Source: Eledone cirrhosa (taxonomy: Eukaryota). From it: 64,000 nt of DNA. The translations under genes were made by a program, and so were the position numbers. Positions 42,258 to 58,252 of the stretch are shown in pieces (within the stretch, counting starts at the first letter, position 1; every line of letters starts with the position of its first letter). The stretch is from assembly GCA_964016885.1 (NCBI GenBank), contig OZ024745.1, positions 79,856,001 to 79,920,000 on the forward strand, written 5' to 3'. Under the pieces are notes generated by a model, which did not search any database, was not told where the DNA came from, and saw only the letters and a list, made by a program, of their open reading frames with translations.

Positions 42258-43320
42258 ATAGTTATGTAATAAACAAGATAAAGCAATTATTCCATTTACC
42301 AGTGGTTTCTTAAAAGCAAAAAATGTTGCTTTCAATCCTCAGAATGAAAAAATCCTGGTCTGTTTATTGAATTTGGATTTTAAAAACAAAAATGCAATCT
42401 ATATGAAAGTGAGGCTGGAGAAGGAAGAAGGAAAGGAAAAATAAAATAAAACTACACATGCAAACACACACACAAAAACACAAAAGCATACATACACACT
42501 CACATATATATATATACATATATATATATATACATATATATACATACATATACATACACATATACATACATATACATACACTCATACATACACACACAAA
42601 CACATATATACATACGCACATAAATATCAACACATCCATACATACAAATACATATATACAACCACACACACATATATACACACATACATACACATAGAAA
42701 CATAAATATAAATACATATACATACACACATATACATACATATATATATATATACACATATACATATATATATATATATGTGTACAAGCATACACATACA
42801 CAAACATAGCCATACACACATACATAAACATACTTACATACATGCACACAATCATACATATATACACACGTACATACATACACATACATAAATGCACTCC
42901 TCTACATATTCACACACGCAAAAAAATATAAGAAAAAAAATATATATATATATATACGATATTAAATAAATGGAAACTATATTTATAAAACCATATTTAT
43001 TTCATTATACATATTTCAGGGATACCAAATTAAAATATATATATATATGTGTGTGTGTATGTATGCTTTTGTGTTTTTGTGTGTGTGTTTGCATGTGTAG
43101 TTTTATTTTATTTTTCCTTTCCTTCTTCCTTCTCCAGCCTCACTTTCATATAGATTGCATTTTTGTTTTTAAAATCCAAATTCAATAAACTGACCAGGAT
43201 TTTTTCATTCTGAGGATTGAAAGCAAAATCTTTTGCTTTTAAGAAACCACTGGTAAATGGAATAATTGCCTTATGTTATTTATTACATAACTATTAAGCT
43301 CTGTTACCTACATAGAGCAC
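42258..43320. mobile_element. Inverted pair of PLE pLTR ends with HHRs at 42290-42348 (minus) and 43204-43262 (plus)
   Basis: ttcatt-CTGAGGA-ttgaaagcaaaatcttttgcttttaa-GAAA-ccactgg-TA-aatgga. Confidence 0.8.
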
Positions 43321-43365
43321 TCTTTTTTCCTGGACTTTTCCGACGGAATTACTTCATTTATATAT

Positions 43366-44950
43366 ATAGTGAAAAATGGAACGTGAACAAAACAGAGAGG
43401 CAGTACGACCAAAGGTTTATTAGTTTCACGCTCTTGGGAGTGGGGGGGGGGGGCGTTTCGGGCATAATCCCCTCTTCAGGCGAAAAGTGTGCGGGAAGAG
43501 AGTTCCAAGGGTGTGTAGGGGAGTGGGGGAGAGACATTTAGAAAGAGGGGTGAGAGGAAATGGTGGAAGTGGTACAAATGAAAATAAATATGAAAGAAAA
43601 TATGAAAAAAATAATAATAAAAATAAAAATAAACATGAAGATAAACAAGTGGTGGAAGGATGTGGGGCGTGTAGGGGTGGTGGCGGGTGGAGTGGGGAGA
43701 GGGTCGGTGTGTCTGAGTGGGGAGGGCTGAAGGTGGTTTGTGTGTGTAGGTGTACGTGTGTGTGTCTGTGTGTGTGTATGTGAATGTGAGAGTTGGGGGA
43801 AGAACGGGGTTCCATGTTCAGGAAAAGGTGTGTGTGGTGGGGTGGGGTGTAGGTCGGTGTGTGTGTGCGTGTGCGGATGGGGAGGGGTCAGAGGGTGGCG
43901 GGGAGAGGATTCCGGAGGCTGAGTGTGTAAATATGTGGGGGTACGCACGTGTGTGTGGTGTTTATACGTATTGTGGATGTAGGTGGCGTGTGAGAAAAAA
44001 ATGTTTTTTGAGTGTATGTCCGTGGTAAGTTCCTAAGATAGTTCCGTAGAGGGTGCGGTGGGATGCTGGATATTTTCCTTGTGATGGAGTTGATTCGTGG
44101 AAGCGAGGTTCAATGTGTGTAATCCGTGGTTGGGTTGGTCGGAAGAGGGGAGATGTGGGGTGCGCGCACAACAGGAAGTGGTCATAGGGTCAAGGCAGGA
44201 GGAGGGTTGTGTGTCTGTGTGTGCGGAGAGGTGGTCAGAGGGTCAGGCACAGCAGCAGTAGGGGAGAATGGCAGGTGGAGAAAGTCGGTGTATCAGGAGG
44301 TGCGGTGGACGGTGGAGAGGATGGGTAGGTGGGAAAGGTGGAGTGGGGGTCGTGTGGGGGGAGGGGGTGTATTAGTAGAGGTGTTAGTGGGATGCGTGTG
44401 TGTGTGAAGGGGTGTGGGTGGAGCGGGGAGAGGGAGAGAGCTGTGGGGGACGGTGGAAGGAGTGTGGTGTACTGGTGTGTGTGTGCGTGTTTGGATGAGT
44501 GTGTGTGTTAGTGAGTGTTAGTATACTGGTGGTGGGGAAAGGGTTGAATGCGGGTGTGTTAGTGGGGGTCAGTGGGGGTAGGGTGTGTAGAGTGGGTGGT
44601 GTAAGTGGGTGTGGGTAGGTGTGTGTTCGTGTGCGTGGGGTCGGGGGGATGTTAGTGGTATTAGTTGTGGGGTGGTGGGAGTGGATGTGTGGGTGAGGGT
44701 TAGTGGTGGTAGTAGGGTGTGTGGTTAGTGTGAGTGCGTGTATATATGTACCGGTGGGTGTGTTCGTGATAGGGGAGGGGAGGGGAATGGGGGGGAGAAA
44801 GGATGTTAGTATTGTTAGTTGGGGAGGGTGGTCGGGGGTGGGGTGGGGGTGTTAGTATTGTTAGTTATGGGGTGGGCGGTGAAAAGGAGGAGTGTGTTAG
44901 TGGTGTTAGTGGGGGATAAGTGTGTGTGTGTGTGGGGGGGGGGGGACTGG
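43366..44950 (-). mobile_element. Second copy of the Neptune-like PLE 3'UTR/pLTR
   Basis: Reverse complement of about 5195-6825. Confidence 0.88.
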
Positions 44951-45011
44951 GCGGTCGAAGATATATATATATATATAAGTTATAGTTCACTTGAAGCATT
45001 ATGTAATGAGG

Positions 45012-45357
45012 TATAAACGTTTGTATATGTATAATAAAGCCAAAACAATGCAGGTATGGACACAGAATAAAGAATGCAAATGCAAAAGATATTGTTGACA
45101 ATTAGTCTTTTACCTTAGATTTATTTAAATGTCCTTAATTTTCGAGATAATATCTCTTCTTCGGAGGGAAGTAAGCTATTTAGAACACTGGTTTAACCGC
45201 TTTACTTCCCTCCGAAGAAGAAATATTATCTCGAAAATTAAGGACATTTAAATAAATCTAAAGTAAAAGACTAATTGTCAACAATATCTTTTGCATTTGC
45301 ATTCTTTATTCTATGTCCATACCTGCATTGTTTTAACTTTATTATACATATACAAAC

Positions 45358-45360
<3 letters not shown>
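45012..45360. mobile_element. PLE pLTR palindrome with degenerate HHR
   Basis: ~165-bp arms; cct-CCGAAGA-agaaatattatctc-GAAA-at-TA-agg at ~45208-45243. Confidence 0.7.
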
Positions 45361-45398
<38 letters not shown>

Positions 45399-45503
45399 GT
45401 TTTGCAAGAGATATCAACATGAATGGACCTGTTATTTTTATCTAAAGACATTTTTCCCAATTCCATCCCGCCCGTCCCCTCAATCTATTTTAATTCTCAT
45501 TCT

Positions 45504-45540
45504 TTCTTCTGATGAAGGACTAGCGTCCGAAACGTTAAGT
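45504..45540 (+). ncRNA. Minimal type I hammerhead ribozyme (family F; copies 46761-46797, degenerate at ~19133, ~31526, ~51935)
   Basis: tctt-CTGATGA-aggactagcgtcc-GAAA-cgt-TA-ag, inside a ~240-bp TA-flanked repeat. Confidence 0.8.
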
Positions 45541-45992
45541 CCCCCTTCCTGCTATATCAAGCGTTACCCTAATATATACCTCCCATATACTGTACCGATT
45601 GTGTTGTTATTTCTGTTTACCTTTTACATACATATATATATGTGTGTATGTATCACACATACCCAAACATTCCTTCTAGCAAAACCAGCAATCAAAACAA
45701 ATTTAAATGGTCACCATAATTGAGTGTGAATCATTATATACTATTTCAAAGTCCTAAGAGGTTCTTTCCGTCATTACCACAATAGAAGTCCGACGATCTT
45801 TTGATTCCAGAGTCGGGCTAGATCGATATAGATCGAACCTTGAGCTGATCAATAGTGAAAAGCACGTCACTACTCAATAAACGTTATGAAGGCATAACAA
45901 ATCGTCCTCTCTATTATATATAAAAGAGAGAGAGAGTCAAAAAAAGGAAACAAAAATATTTTTCTTCCTCATAATCGACTCTTTCTCCCTGT

Positions 45993-46083
<91 letters not shown>

Positions 46084-46283
46084 AGAAAAACCACAGACCC
46101 TCCATCTCAACTCTACTTTTGAAAAGCAGAAGAACTGCGAAACCGGTAAAGGAACCAAATAAATATATATATTTTTTTTAAAAATAAGACTCCAGTTGCA
46201 TTTTCGATTTCATCTTTTTTTCTTTATACTTTCACTCGTGTAGGACACCTCGGTTATTTTTCATTTTGTAAAAAAAACCTCAC

Positions 46284-46362
<79 letters not shown>

Positions 46363-46915
46363 CTTGAGCAAATCTGGTCTCAGGTGCTACAGTCGCAGCC
46401 ATGTTGAAAGAGAACCAGTGAACTATGATCTCCGCGGTGTTGTGAGGGTTCACGGGCAACCTGATACAGGACATCAAGCCAGGGAGATCCATAGTTTTCG
46501 TCAGTGTGTCTAGCAGGCTTGAAAAGCCATATCCGAGCGTCCTACATCTGAATCTGACAAGCGATTGCAATACTCTTGGCAGAGTTTGCAGCCATCATAT
46601 ATATATACATATATATATATATATACACATCATACACAAAACGCCAGCCTCAACAGTTTTCCAAGAGATGGCAATATGAATGGACCTGTTATTTTTATCT
46701 AAAGACATTTTTTCCTATTTCACCCCGCCCGTCCCTTCGATCTATCTAATTTCTCATTCTTTCTTCTGATGAAGGACTGGCGTCCGAAATGTTAAGACCC
46801 TCTTCCTGCCATTTCAAGCGTTAACCTAATATATTCCTTCCATATACTGTACCGATTGTATTCTTATTTCTGTTTACCTTTTAAATACATATGCGAGATG
46901 GCTGATTTTTTACAA

Positions 46916-46975
46916 GGGCGGTGCCCCAGCATGGCCTCAGCCGGATGGCTGGAACAGGTAAGAGAGTAAAAGAGT
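46916..46975 (+). mobile_element. Ultra-short copy of the 3' tail of the LINE at 1-2120
   Basis: ggtgccccagcatggcctcagccggatggctggaacag is identical to the reverse complement of 1-38, followed by gtaagagagtaaaagag. Confidence 0.85.
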
Positions 46976-47229
46976 ATATATATATATATATATATATATA
47001 GCGATTAAAATTATAGCAAATCTGGTGCTAGGATGGATGGTGGTGTTGTGATGTTGATTCGGCTGTTGTTGTGGTACTCGTGGATTGCTGAGTGATGTGG
47101 TGACTGTTGTGTAGAGTGAAGACGAAGGAAGGTTGACGTGCTTGATAGTGTGACCAGAGATTGCAGGTGTGCAAGTCAGTGAGGAACAGTTTCATTATAA
47201 TGATGATGATGATGTGATAATTACCATGG

Positions 47230-49081
47230 GTAAATGATTTACTTGATCAGATAGGAAATGGAATATATAACCCACATTAACACAAAACTGCTATATTATT
47301 AATTTATTAAATATAACGACGATACAAGAAGAAAAAATATCCACAGTTGAATTGTGTGATGTTATGTATCAGGTATGATGTATATGTTTTCTTGCAAAGG
47401 TATTATTACAAATGTAGTTACCAAACTTCTGTTGATGGGACGAATTTTAACAAAGTCAATCTGTGAACGCAGAAGTGAATATTTCAAAAAAACGTTGCAA
47501 CCAGAGGAAGACAGGAAGACGATACTTTGGTTCGTGGAAACATTCCCTGGCAAAGAACGGGGAAAAACGAATATAATACGTCATTATTTGGAACGGTGAA
47601 AAACAATTACGCGCAAAGACAGAACCACGTTTATGGTATAAAAGAAGTCGTAGACTAATATTCTCTTAGGTGGTTCATAGAGACGTTCTCTGGCAATGAA
47701 CGGAAAAAACGAAGATAATACGTCATATGTAGACCGTGGTGAACAATTGCACGCAAAGACAAAACCACGTAAATTGTATAACTGATGTCGTAGACTAAAA
47801 TTCTAACTAGGAAACCGAATGAATCTCCGCTTCAGAGTTAAGAATAAAGTAAATAAAATACACAGGTAATTGAAATTAAATAAATACATACACGCATCCA
47901 TATACGTACATACACAAGCATACGCGAAAACACTCGCCATAGGTATAGAAATACACGCACATATAAATATGTGTGTGTGTGTGTGTGTGCGTGTATACAA
48001 ATAATTAAATAAACGTATATAAATAAATACGTATATAACAAGCGCACACACATACCTACATGTAAATACACATATGTTCGGAGACGTACGTCAACCAAAA
48101 CACGAAGTACACATATACACACACCGTACATACGTACGAACCCGCATACTCACACAGACGCAAAACTCACGTATACACATAACCAAAGTACCAGAATATA
48201 TAAAATATACCCCATAACATATACAATCAAATATACGTACATGAAAGTATACGTACCTTCACAAAACATACAGGTAATATATACTTACCTATACAAATAA
48301 GTAATGGTATAAACATAACATATACTTAGCTACCACATCAAGACGTAAAATATCCGCGTATAGAACGTACTATCCGTTAGGGTATAATGTGGGGCTGTAA
48401 TACAGGAAAGTTTTGTGCAATTTATGTTTACAAGCCGAAATTGCCTCAGATTTTTTTGTTTAAGATGCGGTCTGTGGCGTAGAGTATTTCCAGGGCCTCA
48501 ACGGCGCAGAGGTCACATGGTCTTTTATTTCCGTTATACGATCTAGCCCTAGCTAGGATCTCCCAGTGTAACTTATATTGGGTGTGGTTGTCTTTTAAAC
48601 TCCAGATATAAGCTGAAAGTGACGTCATATTCCTTCTTAGAGGGTAACGAAAAGATTATCTTCGTTTTTTCCGTTCATTGCCAGAGAACGTCTCTATGAA
48701 CCACCTAAGAGAACATTAGTCTACGACTTCTTTTATACCATTAACGTGGTTTTGTCTTTGCGTGTAATTGTTTTTCACCGCTCCAAATAATGACGTATTA
48801 TATTCGTTTTTCCCCGTTCTTTGCCAGGGAACGTTTCCACGAACCAAAGTATCGTCTTCCTGTCTTCCTCCGGTTGCAACGTTTTTTGAAATATTCACTT
48901 CTGCGTTCACAGATTGACTTTGTTAGTTTCAGAAGATCTCGTTAAGGGTGAAGCAGCGATTCTTTGCTTAAACTTTAATTTGTTATTTTAATAAATATTT
49001 GCTCTACGGTTTTTATATATTTGATATATGTTTATCCTTATCGAGCCCTCTTTCGATTTTAGTCTTCAAATTTATTATTAT

Positions 49082-49085
<4 letters not shown>
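47230..49085 (-). mobile_element. Hydra-type PLE family J: GIY-YIG C-terminus (48420-48655) and 3'UTR on minus, plus inverted pLTR segment 48658-49085
   Basis: MTSLSAYIWSLKD...LHWEILARARSY...CDLCAVE...ILNK; 48658-48925 is the reverse complement of 47449-47717. Confidence 0.82.
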
Positions 49086-49180
<95 letters not shown>

Positions 49181-49195
49181 TGAGAGATAGAGAGA

Positions 49196-49248
<53 letters not shown>

Positions 49249-49781
49249 GGGTGGCAATGAGAGGGAGGTAGAGACCCAAAGGGATCGGTGTGTGAGACCA
49301 CTATATCTTAGCTGGTCGGTATGAACTCTGCGACTGCTTGGATTGGGAGTAGAATGGTCTAAAAAAAAGTGTTATCTTAAATAACCTGCCACTAACCACA
49401 GTTGGATTGTTTCCTCTAGACAAACTGGCGACACTAATTCGAAACAAAGAAAAGGTGATCACCGTGTTGCCCAGAGGTCAGCCTATGTGGAGGCACTCAC
49501 ATCAACACACGAGTTCAAATTACTGCTATATATATATATAGAGAGAGAAACCTATCGAACGTATTGAAAAATATCGTTCGATATGTCCAGGTCAGTTGTC
49601 TAACCTGATTAGTTTTTTCGTTGTTTTTGTCTACCTGCCGCAATTTTCAATTTGTCAAGCTGTCTAAACGTATGTTATTACTCTAAGGCCTGCAACCTTA
49701 TTGAGTGCTTTGCTGCTCATTCCTAATTGTAGGTCGTTAGCTTGGCCACAGCCAAAGTTTCGATTTTACTAAGCTTCCATT

Positions 49782-49835
<54 letters not shown>

Positions 49836-49840
<5 letters not shown>

Positions 49841-50745
49841 AAACGAAAAATCAGTGATGCATCTGGACTCAGTTTATTGTGTGTTACAATTGTTTCGCCG
49901 GCAGATAGCTCGAGGCACGATCATTGTATGGATCTGTCTGATTCTAGATCTGCAGGTTCTTCGGACACATGCAATACTTTCGGAACAAATTTTCTCACTG
50001 GTATATGTCTGTACGTGTTTGTGTATATGAGCAAATGTACGCGTACGCAGGTATGTGTCCTTGTATGCGTGTACGTGTGTGCGCGTGCGCGTGCGTGTGA
50101 GAGCGGATGTACGAGGGCATATAGGCAGGCGCCTGTGGACGTGTATGTTGGTATGTATATGGTCGTGGGCGTGTGTGGGTGTGTGTGAGAGAGAGTGTGT
50201 GTATATGTATATGGGTGTGTATATGTACATATGTGTGTGTACTTATGTGTATATGTATGTGCGTGTGCGTGTGTATGTGTATGTGTATATATATGTGTGT
50301 GTATGTGTGGGTATATATGTATGTGTGAGCGGACTTGTGAAATACCAAGCCCAGCATGAGTCCATTGAAGTGTATCGGACGGAGAGTAGCTGATGGCCAG
50401 TATGGCAGCAAATATTGACCAGAATTTATGATGACGTAGAAAAACAACAGCCAATAGCAAGACAAGAGAGGAAGATGTTTTTTGAAGCTAACACTCCAGT
50501 GAGAAAATTTGTTCCGAAAGTATTGCATGTGTCAGAAGAACCTGCAGATCTAGAATCAGACAGATCCATACAATGATCGTGTCTCGAGCTATCTGCCGGC
50601 GAAACAATTGTAACACACAATAAACTGAGTCCAGATGCATCACTGAATCACTGATTTTTCGTTTTATATTATATCACACTCTACTCTATAAGAACATAGA
50701 GTGCTCAACTGGCATACCGCCTATGGAAGCATCATAGCTATCATT
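49836..50745. mobile_element. PLE family E inverted pLTR pair
   Basis: 49836-50001 is the reverse complement of about 50497-50672; same tail as 20370-20440. Confidence 0.8.
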
Positions 50746-50752
50746 AAACACC

Positions 50753-50853
<101 letters not shown>

Positions 50854-51812
50854 TGGAAAATGTTCGAAATCCTTGGTACCCAGACACACTCAAATCTCTC
50901 TTAAATATAGAGTCACACATCACAACACAACTTGATCTCAGATTGACAATCGCCACCGACGAATGCGAGAAAGTTCTCCAGGAAAGTTAACCAGGAATCT
51001 TTAAAAATCTCGCCGCCGAAGTTAACAAAGAACTTACTAGATCTACAAAACCAAATTGTAAAATTATAATATTATGAAATTAAATCAAATTGTTTAGAAC
51101 TACAAGTGAACCCATTTTTTTCCCTTTATATATATATGCTCAGAGAGTGGGATTGGTCGAGGGCAAGGCCTTTTCCCACTTAAAAAATCTTCAAAGCTAG
51201 GGCATTGCTTGTTCAGATTATGCTACAGGTTCGTGTGACTGGCCGTAGCCTAAAAGTGCACCATTTTCTGGAATCTGACAAGCGATTGCAATACTCTACT
51301 CTTAACAGAGTTTGCAGGCATCATATATTTAACTCTTTCTCTCTACTGACCTCTTCCTCGCACTCCCACTCACTCAGTCCCTGTTTCTCCCCTTCTTTCT
51401 TCCTCCCGTTCGCTGGGAAAACGGTTTTCATTCTTTCTAACACCGGATTCACTAGCGAAAGGTCTGTTTTCTGACTCGCTCATATATTCACACAGCTTAT
51501 GCTGAAAGAATAACTATGTTGCTTGTATTTATTTCCATCTTCGGTTAGCTTCCCCCTGTGTTGTTTACTTGTCTCACTCGCTTTACGCGTTTCTATTGTC
51601 CTAATAACTTATTTTAGTTATTATCGCTCCAACGTGAGGTATATGATTTTTAATGCGATGAAATACCCATGATCGTTTGGTAAATCACTGATGAGGGACT
51701 CATTTTATAACATGTTATCCATGTGCAACCAGCAGTATTCTTCTCACCCATATTTTCATATACATTTATATATATATATATACATTTTCATATTTTCATA
51801 TATATATATATT

Positions 51813-51898
<86 letters not shown>

Positions 51899-52051
51899 TA
51901 TATACACATATATATACATGTATATATGTATATAGGACTAGCGTCTGAAACGTTAAGACCTTCTTCCTGCCATTTCAAGCGTTAACCTAATATATATTCC
52001 TTCCATATGCTGTACCGGTTGTGTTCTTATTTCTGTTTACTTTTTACATAC

Positions 52052-52104
<53 letters not shown>

Positions 52105-52327
52105 TAAAAAAATAATGAATAAAACAATGAAACAGTTCCTTATATTAAACAAAAAAAGTTCATTATTTAACGATCGTTTCTAGGATATATATGTGTTAGA
52201 ATTGGCATGCATATTCAACAGATCTATGTACAAAATTATACAAAATTATACAAACTATCAAAATTAAATATACATACCAAACACATATATATGCCGTCTT
52301 CAGAAATAAACTCTTGGTAGATTTATC

Positions 52328-52378
<51 letters not shown>

Positions 52379-52726
52379 ATATATATATATACATGTATAT
52401 ATATATATGTGTGTGTGTGTATGCACATATTTAATATGCAGACACGTTAACGTGTCAAAAAATACGACTTTCCCTGTAAATTTAAACAAATGATAAACAC
52501 CTTAAATATTAGAGACATTGAAACAGAGACATATACACATTCACACGAGCATGTTTAGACAATAAACAGACACGAACCACCATTGACATACGCAACGCAA
52601 ATATATACCGATACACATAATTCCCTAGAGGGAACAGATTTATCACACTTCTATTCAATCAATCGCATCGCCACTATCTCCATCGATTGAAACAGTCGCA
52701 GAAAAAAAAAGCGCAGACATTTTTCT

Positions 52727-52795
<69 letters not shown>

Positions 52796-53023
52796 TAGTT
52801 TACAACTTTCTAATATCGACGCTAATTCCGCCTCAATCCCATCCCGACTGTTGTACATGCTCCTGGCTATAACATATCACTTTACTGTCCGTCGTTTTAA
52901 TAACTAACATAAATCGATAGCAGAGGTTAGAATAAAGCAGACGATATACCAACCATACTGGAACACAGATTAAGCAATAGGAAAACTGTTTATTATGATG
53001 ACTTCCTTCCTGTAGAATATATT

Positions 53024-53100
<77 letters not shown>

Positions 53101-53260
53101 ATAATAATAAATTTGAAGACTAAAATCCAAAGAGGGCTCGATAAGGATAAATATATATCAAATATATAAGAACCGTAGAGCAAATATTTATTAAAATAAC
53201 AGATTAAAGTTTAAACTTTAAGAATCGCTGCTTTCCCCCTTAACGGGATCTGTTATTTTA

Positions 53261-53301
<41 letters not shown>

Positions 53302-53379
53302 TGTGTGTATGTGTATATGTGTGTGTCGATATATGTGTGTGTATATATATGTATGTGTGTATGTGGATATATATATATA

Positions 53380-54151
53380 AACGGGAAAAAATGAAACGAA
53401 ATTTCATTTCTCACTCTTAGTACGGCTGTTACTTAAATATAAGTATGTATGTATACGTACATACATATATGTATACAGACGTACAGTAGTATGTATATAT
53501 ATATATACATACATGCACACATATATATATGTACGTATGGATTCACCGAACATTTATTATAATGCTCGGTGTGTTTGTAAACAAACATCCCGAATTAAGC
53601 CGTACAGTGTCTAACAACCACCATCGTTGCTCATTTGTTCAACACTGACAAAGGAACGCTGTACTAGTTTCAAGCTTATTAGCTATCGTCAGCAACGTAT
53701 ACCTTCCTGCCAGATGGTTGAACGTCTGAAAGTATATACTTTCCTTATGCATATTAACGGCTGAGCAGCCTAATTTGCATATCGAGTGAGTTAATCGGCC
53801 GGGGTACCGAAAACGATAAACGGAAAAAATGAAACGAAATTTCATTTCTCACTCTTAGTACGGCTGTTACTTAAATATAAGTATGTATACGTACATACAT
53901 ATATGTATACAGACGTACAGTAGTATGTATATATATATATATATACATACATGCACACATATATATATGTGCGTATGGATTCACCGAACATTTATTATGA
54001 GCAACGATGGTTGGTAGACACTGTACAGCTTAATTCGGGATGTTTGTTTACAAACACACCGAGTATTATAATAAATGTTCGGTGAATCCATACGTACATA
54101 TATATATATGTGTGCATGTATGATATATATATATACATACTACTGTACATA

Positions 54152-54155
<4 letters not shown>
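53380..54155 (-). mobile_element. PLE family C: tandem plus inverted pLTR fragments, HHR at ~53656-53698
   Basis: Direct repeat 53380-53560 / 53820-53997, then an inversion 53995-54150. Confidence 0.78.
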
Positions 54156-54207
<52 letters not shown>

Positions 54208-55800
54208 ATTAAATAAATGGAAACTATATTTATAAAACCATATTTATTTCATTATATATATTTCGGGGATATCATATTAACAATATGCTATGCCTTCCTC
54301 AGACAAAATACAATATAAACAGTTTTATAGATAAATAGATTCGACATACCGTAACAACACAGACTTGCATTTGGAGAGGTTGAGCTGGCAGCTCAACTGC
54401 CACCTATCAGTTGTTATCAGTTGTATTATAACTGTTCCCGTGTGCCTTTTCCCAAAAATGTAATGGCCCTTTTGAGTCCTTGGATTTCAAACCCCTGGCT
54501 TACAGTAAGATCTTTTCTCAGGCAATGGAGGATTATGACAAACCAACATAAGAAACTCTACATGCATATTTATTTTGTCTTCCTTGATTCAATTACATCT
54601 AGGACACATTATAGGAATAAAAATCGACCAGTACTTTAGGATTTCATTGTTTCGATTCACGGATTTCCTGACCAGAATAGTTGCTAGAAATAGCAGCTAT
54701 ATCTGCCTTAGAAAAGGAAAGACACGGTGGATACTGTTGACGTAGATATACTACGCCTGAAAAAGAAAAAAGACGCATTTGGTTACTGCTGTAAAATCTT
54801 TGATCGTACGTCGGATCAACCAGAGCTGAGTTGGGGCTAAACAAGGCAAAGAACCACTGCCGCGCCACTACCACCAGCGCCACCATCACAACAGCACAAC
54901 CACCACCACCACTACAACAACAACACCAACAACACTATCACCAGAACGGATCACTGTTTGAGAGTGAGAAAATGCCTGCCACATATATTTCGAGCTTATC
55001 GTAATACCTGTCCTTGTTCCGGTCAATCATCACGATTTGGCCCTTGGCATAATTTCACAAAGTCTACTTTGTTGCTAGCATTAGACTTATGTCTCTAGTC
55101 TAAGGATACCTTCCTTAATTCTCACTTTTCTCGGAAGTCCTGGAATGAGTTATAAATGCAGCCCTTCATTCTGTGGCTAACCCATCTCTCTCTCTCGCTT
55201 TCTCTCTTTCTTTCTCACTCTCTCTCTCTCTCTCTCACACACGCACAGACACCACACACACACACACATACACACACACACACACATACACACACATATA
55301 TATATATATATATATAATATATAAGATCAAAAGATGGTTAAAGGAGTTCCATGTATTTTATTATGCGCATTTCAAAAACAAACATCATCATGCAATAATA
55401 TTTGTGTTTTCATCAGATAAAACAGGAGGACATGATATAAAGGCTAAAAAACACTTGTGGATAGTGCAGTTTTAAATCAAACTGTAGAGTGCTTCTTATC
55501 CGATATCTGCATTGCTTTATTGTACTACAATAAAACTCACCTCCTACATATATATATATATAGGAAAAAATATGACCCCGACGGCAGAGCTCAAGCCGTT
55601 TCGACGGCTATTTCTGGACTCAGAAATAGCCGTCGAAACGGTTTGAGCTCTGCCGTCGGGGTCATACTTTTTCCTATTACCCACTCTACTACCCTTAGTA
55701 TTGAGTACTCTGGTGCGTTATGGTCCATCTGGTTCCTTACCACATTTCCTTCGTTATATATCATCATCATCATCATCGTTTAACGTCCATCTTCCACGCT

Positions 55801-56958
<1,158 letters not shown>

Positions 56959-58098
56959 TATGCAAGCGTGGAAGATGGACTCTTGAGTGCTACTGGTAAC
57001 ATGTAACCCAGTACAACCTGTCGCATGGTCGGGTCGTCGGCGACTAAACCGGCAACCCCACCAAGTGATTTTGGACACCCTGCAGAAAAAAGAAAAAAAA
57101 ACCTGACAAAGGGCGGAAGAACTCATAAGAGTCAACGGCCATCCGAAAGTGTGTAAATATGTATATACACATGTACCGCGCGGTTAAACCACTGGGAGTG
57201 AAGGACCCCTAGCCTTTGTCAGGGCATTCTTCTAGGAGAAGGCAACTCAGGAAACTGGGATAACTCCGATAAAAACCTGCGGCTCAGTAGTTACCGATGA
57301 TGTTGATCTTTTCTTTTCGGGTTATAGCTACTGTCGCTCAGAGCGTGGGATTGGCTCAGTGCACAGTCTTTCCCCACTTTAAAAAATATCTTCATGCACA
57401 GGCATTGCACGATAGAATTAATTAATAATTATTAATAATGGTATATCGTGCAATGGCCATACTCGAGAGCGAGGGAGCAGCCATCATGTATGTATGTATG
57501 TATGAATCTATGTATAGCGACTAATTCAACTTGAAATTTTCTAAATTTACTTCAACTTCACTTAAATCCTCTTATGATTTGTGCTTTTCCTCGTCTAACT
57601 TTGCAAAAATATTTAAAGATTATGAGAAATCTATCTTTCTGCGGGTTAGCATCCAAACACTATATAATTTACAAATGGACATAGATACAGTTTATATAAA
57701 ACTAATGATTCCCAAAAGAATCAACCCCATAAAAACAAAAGAGTTAAAAATAACAAAGAAGAATGAAATGTACACTTCAACTGGGAATACTGTTGTTGCT
57801 CTCTAAAAGTGTTTGAGGCAAGCCACGACACTCACGGCATTATCGCGGATATTAGCAAGACCAAGCGCTGAAATACTCTCACAAATATCACCTGATACTT
57901 CAATAAGACAAGCCGACAACGATGACAACAATGTTGTTCTCAGTGGCCCAGCTTCATCGAATATTTCAGAAGTTTACTGAACCTTCGCTGCACTATATAT
58001 GGTGTGATAAAGAGAGAAAGTGTCGTTGACAATTATGTGTCAAATCCCAGCCAAACATATTAACGTCTTAGTTTTCAGATAACCAAAGACGCTCACAT

Positions 58099-58252
58099 GG
58101 CGACGAATCGGCAGAATCGTTAGAACGTCGGATAGAATGAATGCAGTATTCGTTCAGGCTCTCTACGCTCTGGGTTCAAATCCCGCCAAGGACAACTTTG
58201 CTTTACCTCCTTTCGAGGTCGATAAAAAATGTACCAGTCTAGTACTTGGGTC
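58099..58252 (+). mobile_element. tRNA-derived SINE (older subfamily)
   Basis: ggcgacgaatcggcagaatcgttag, gggttcaaatccc, gaggtcgataaaaaatgtaccag. Confidence 0.8.

Noticed and set aside
57530-58000. Possible exon or retrocopy fragment (also 58900-59150)
   Set aside because: Only short open frames with no identifiable homology.
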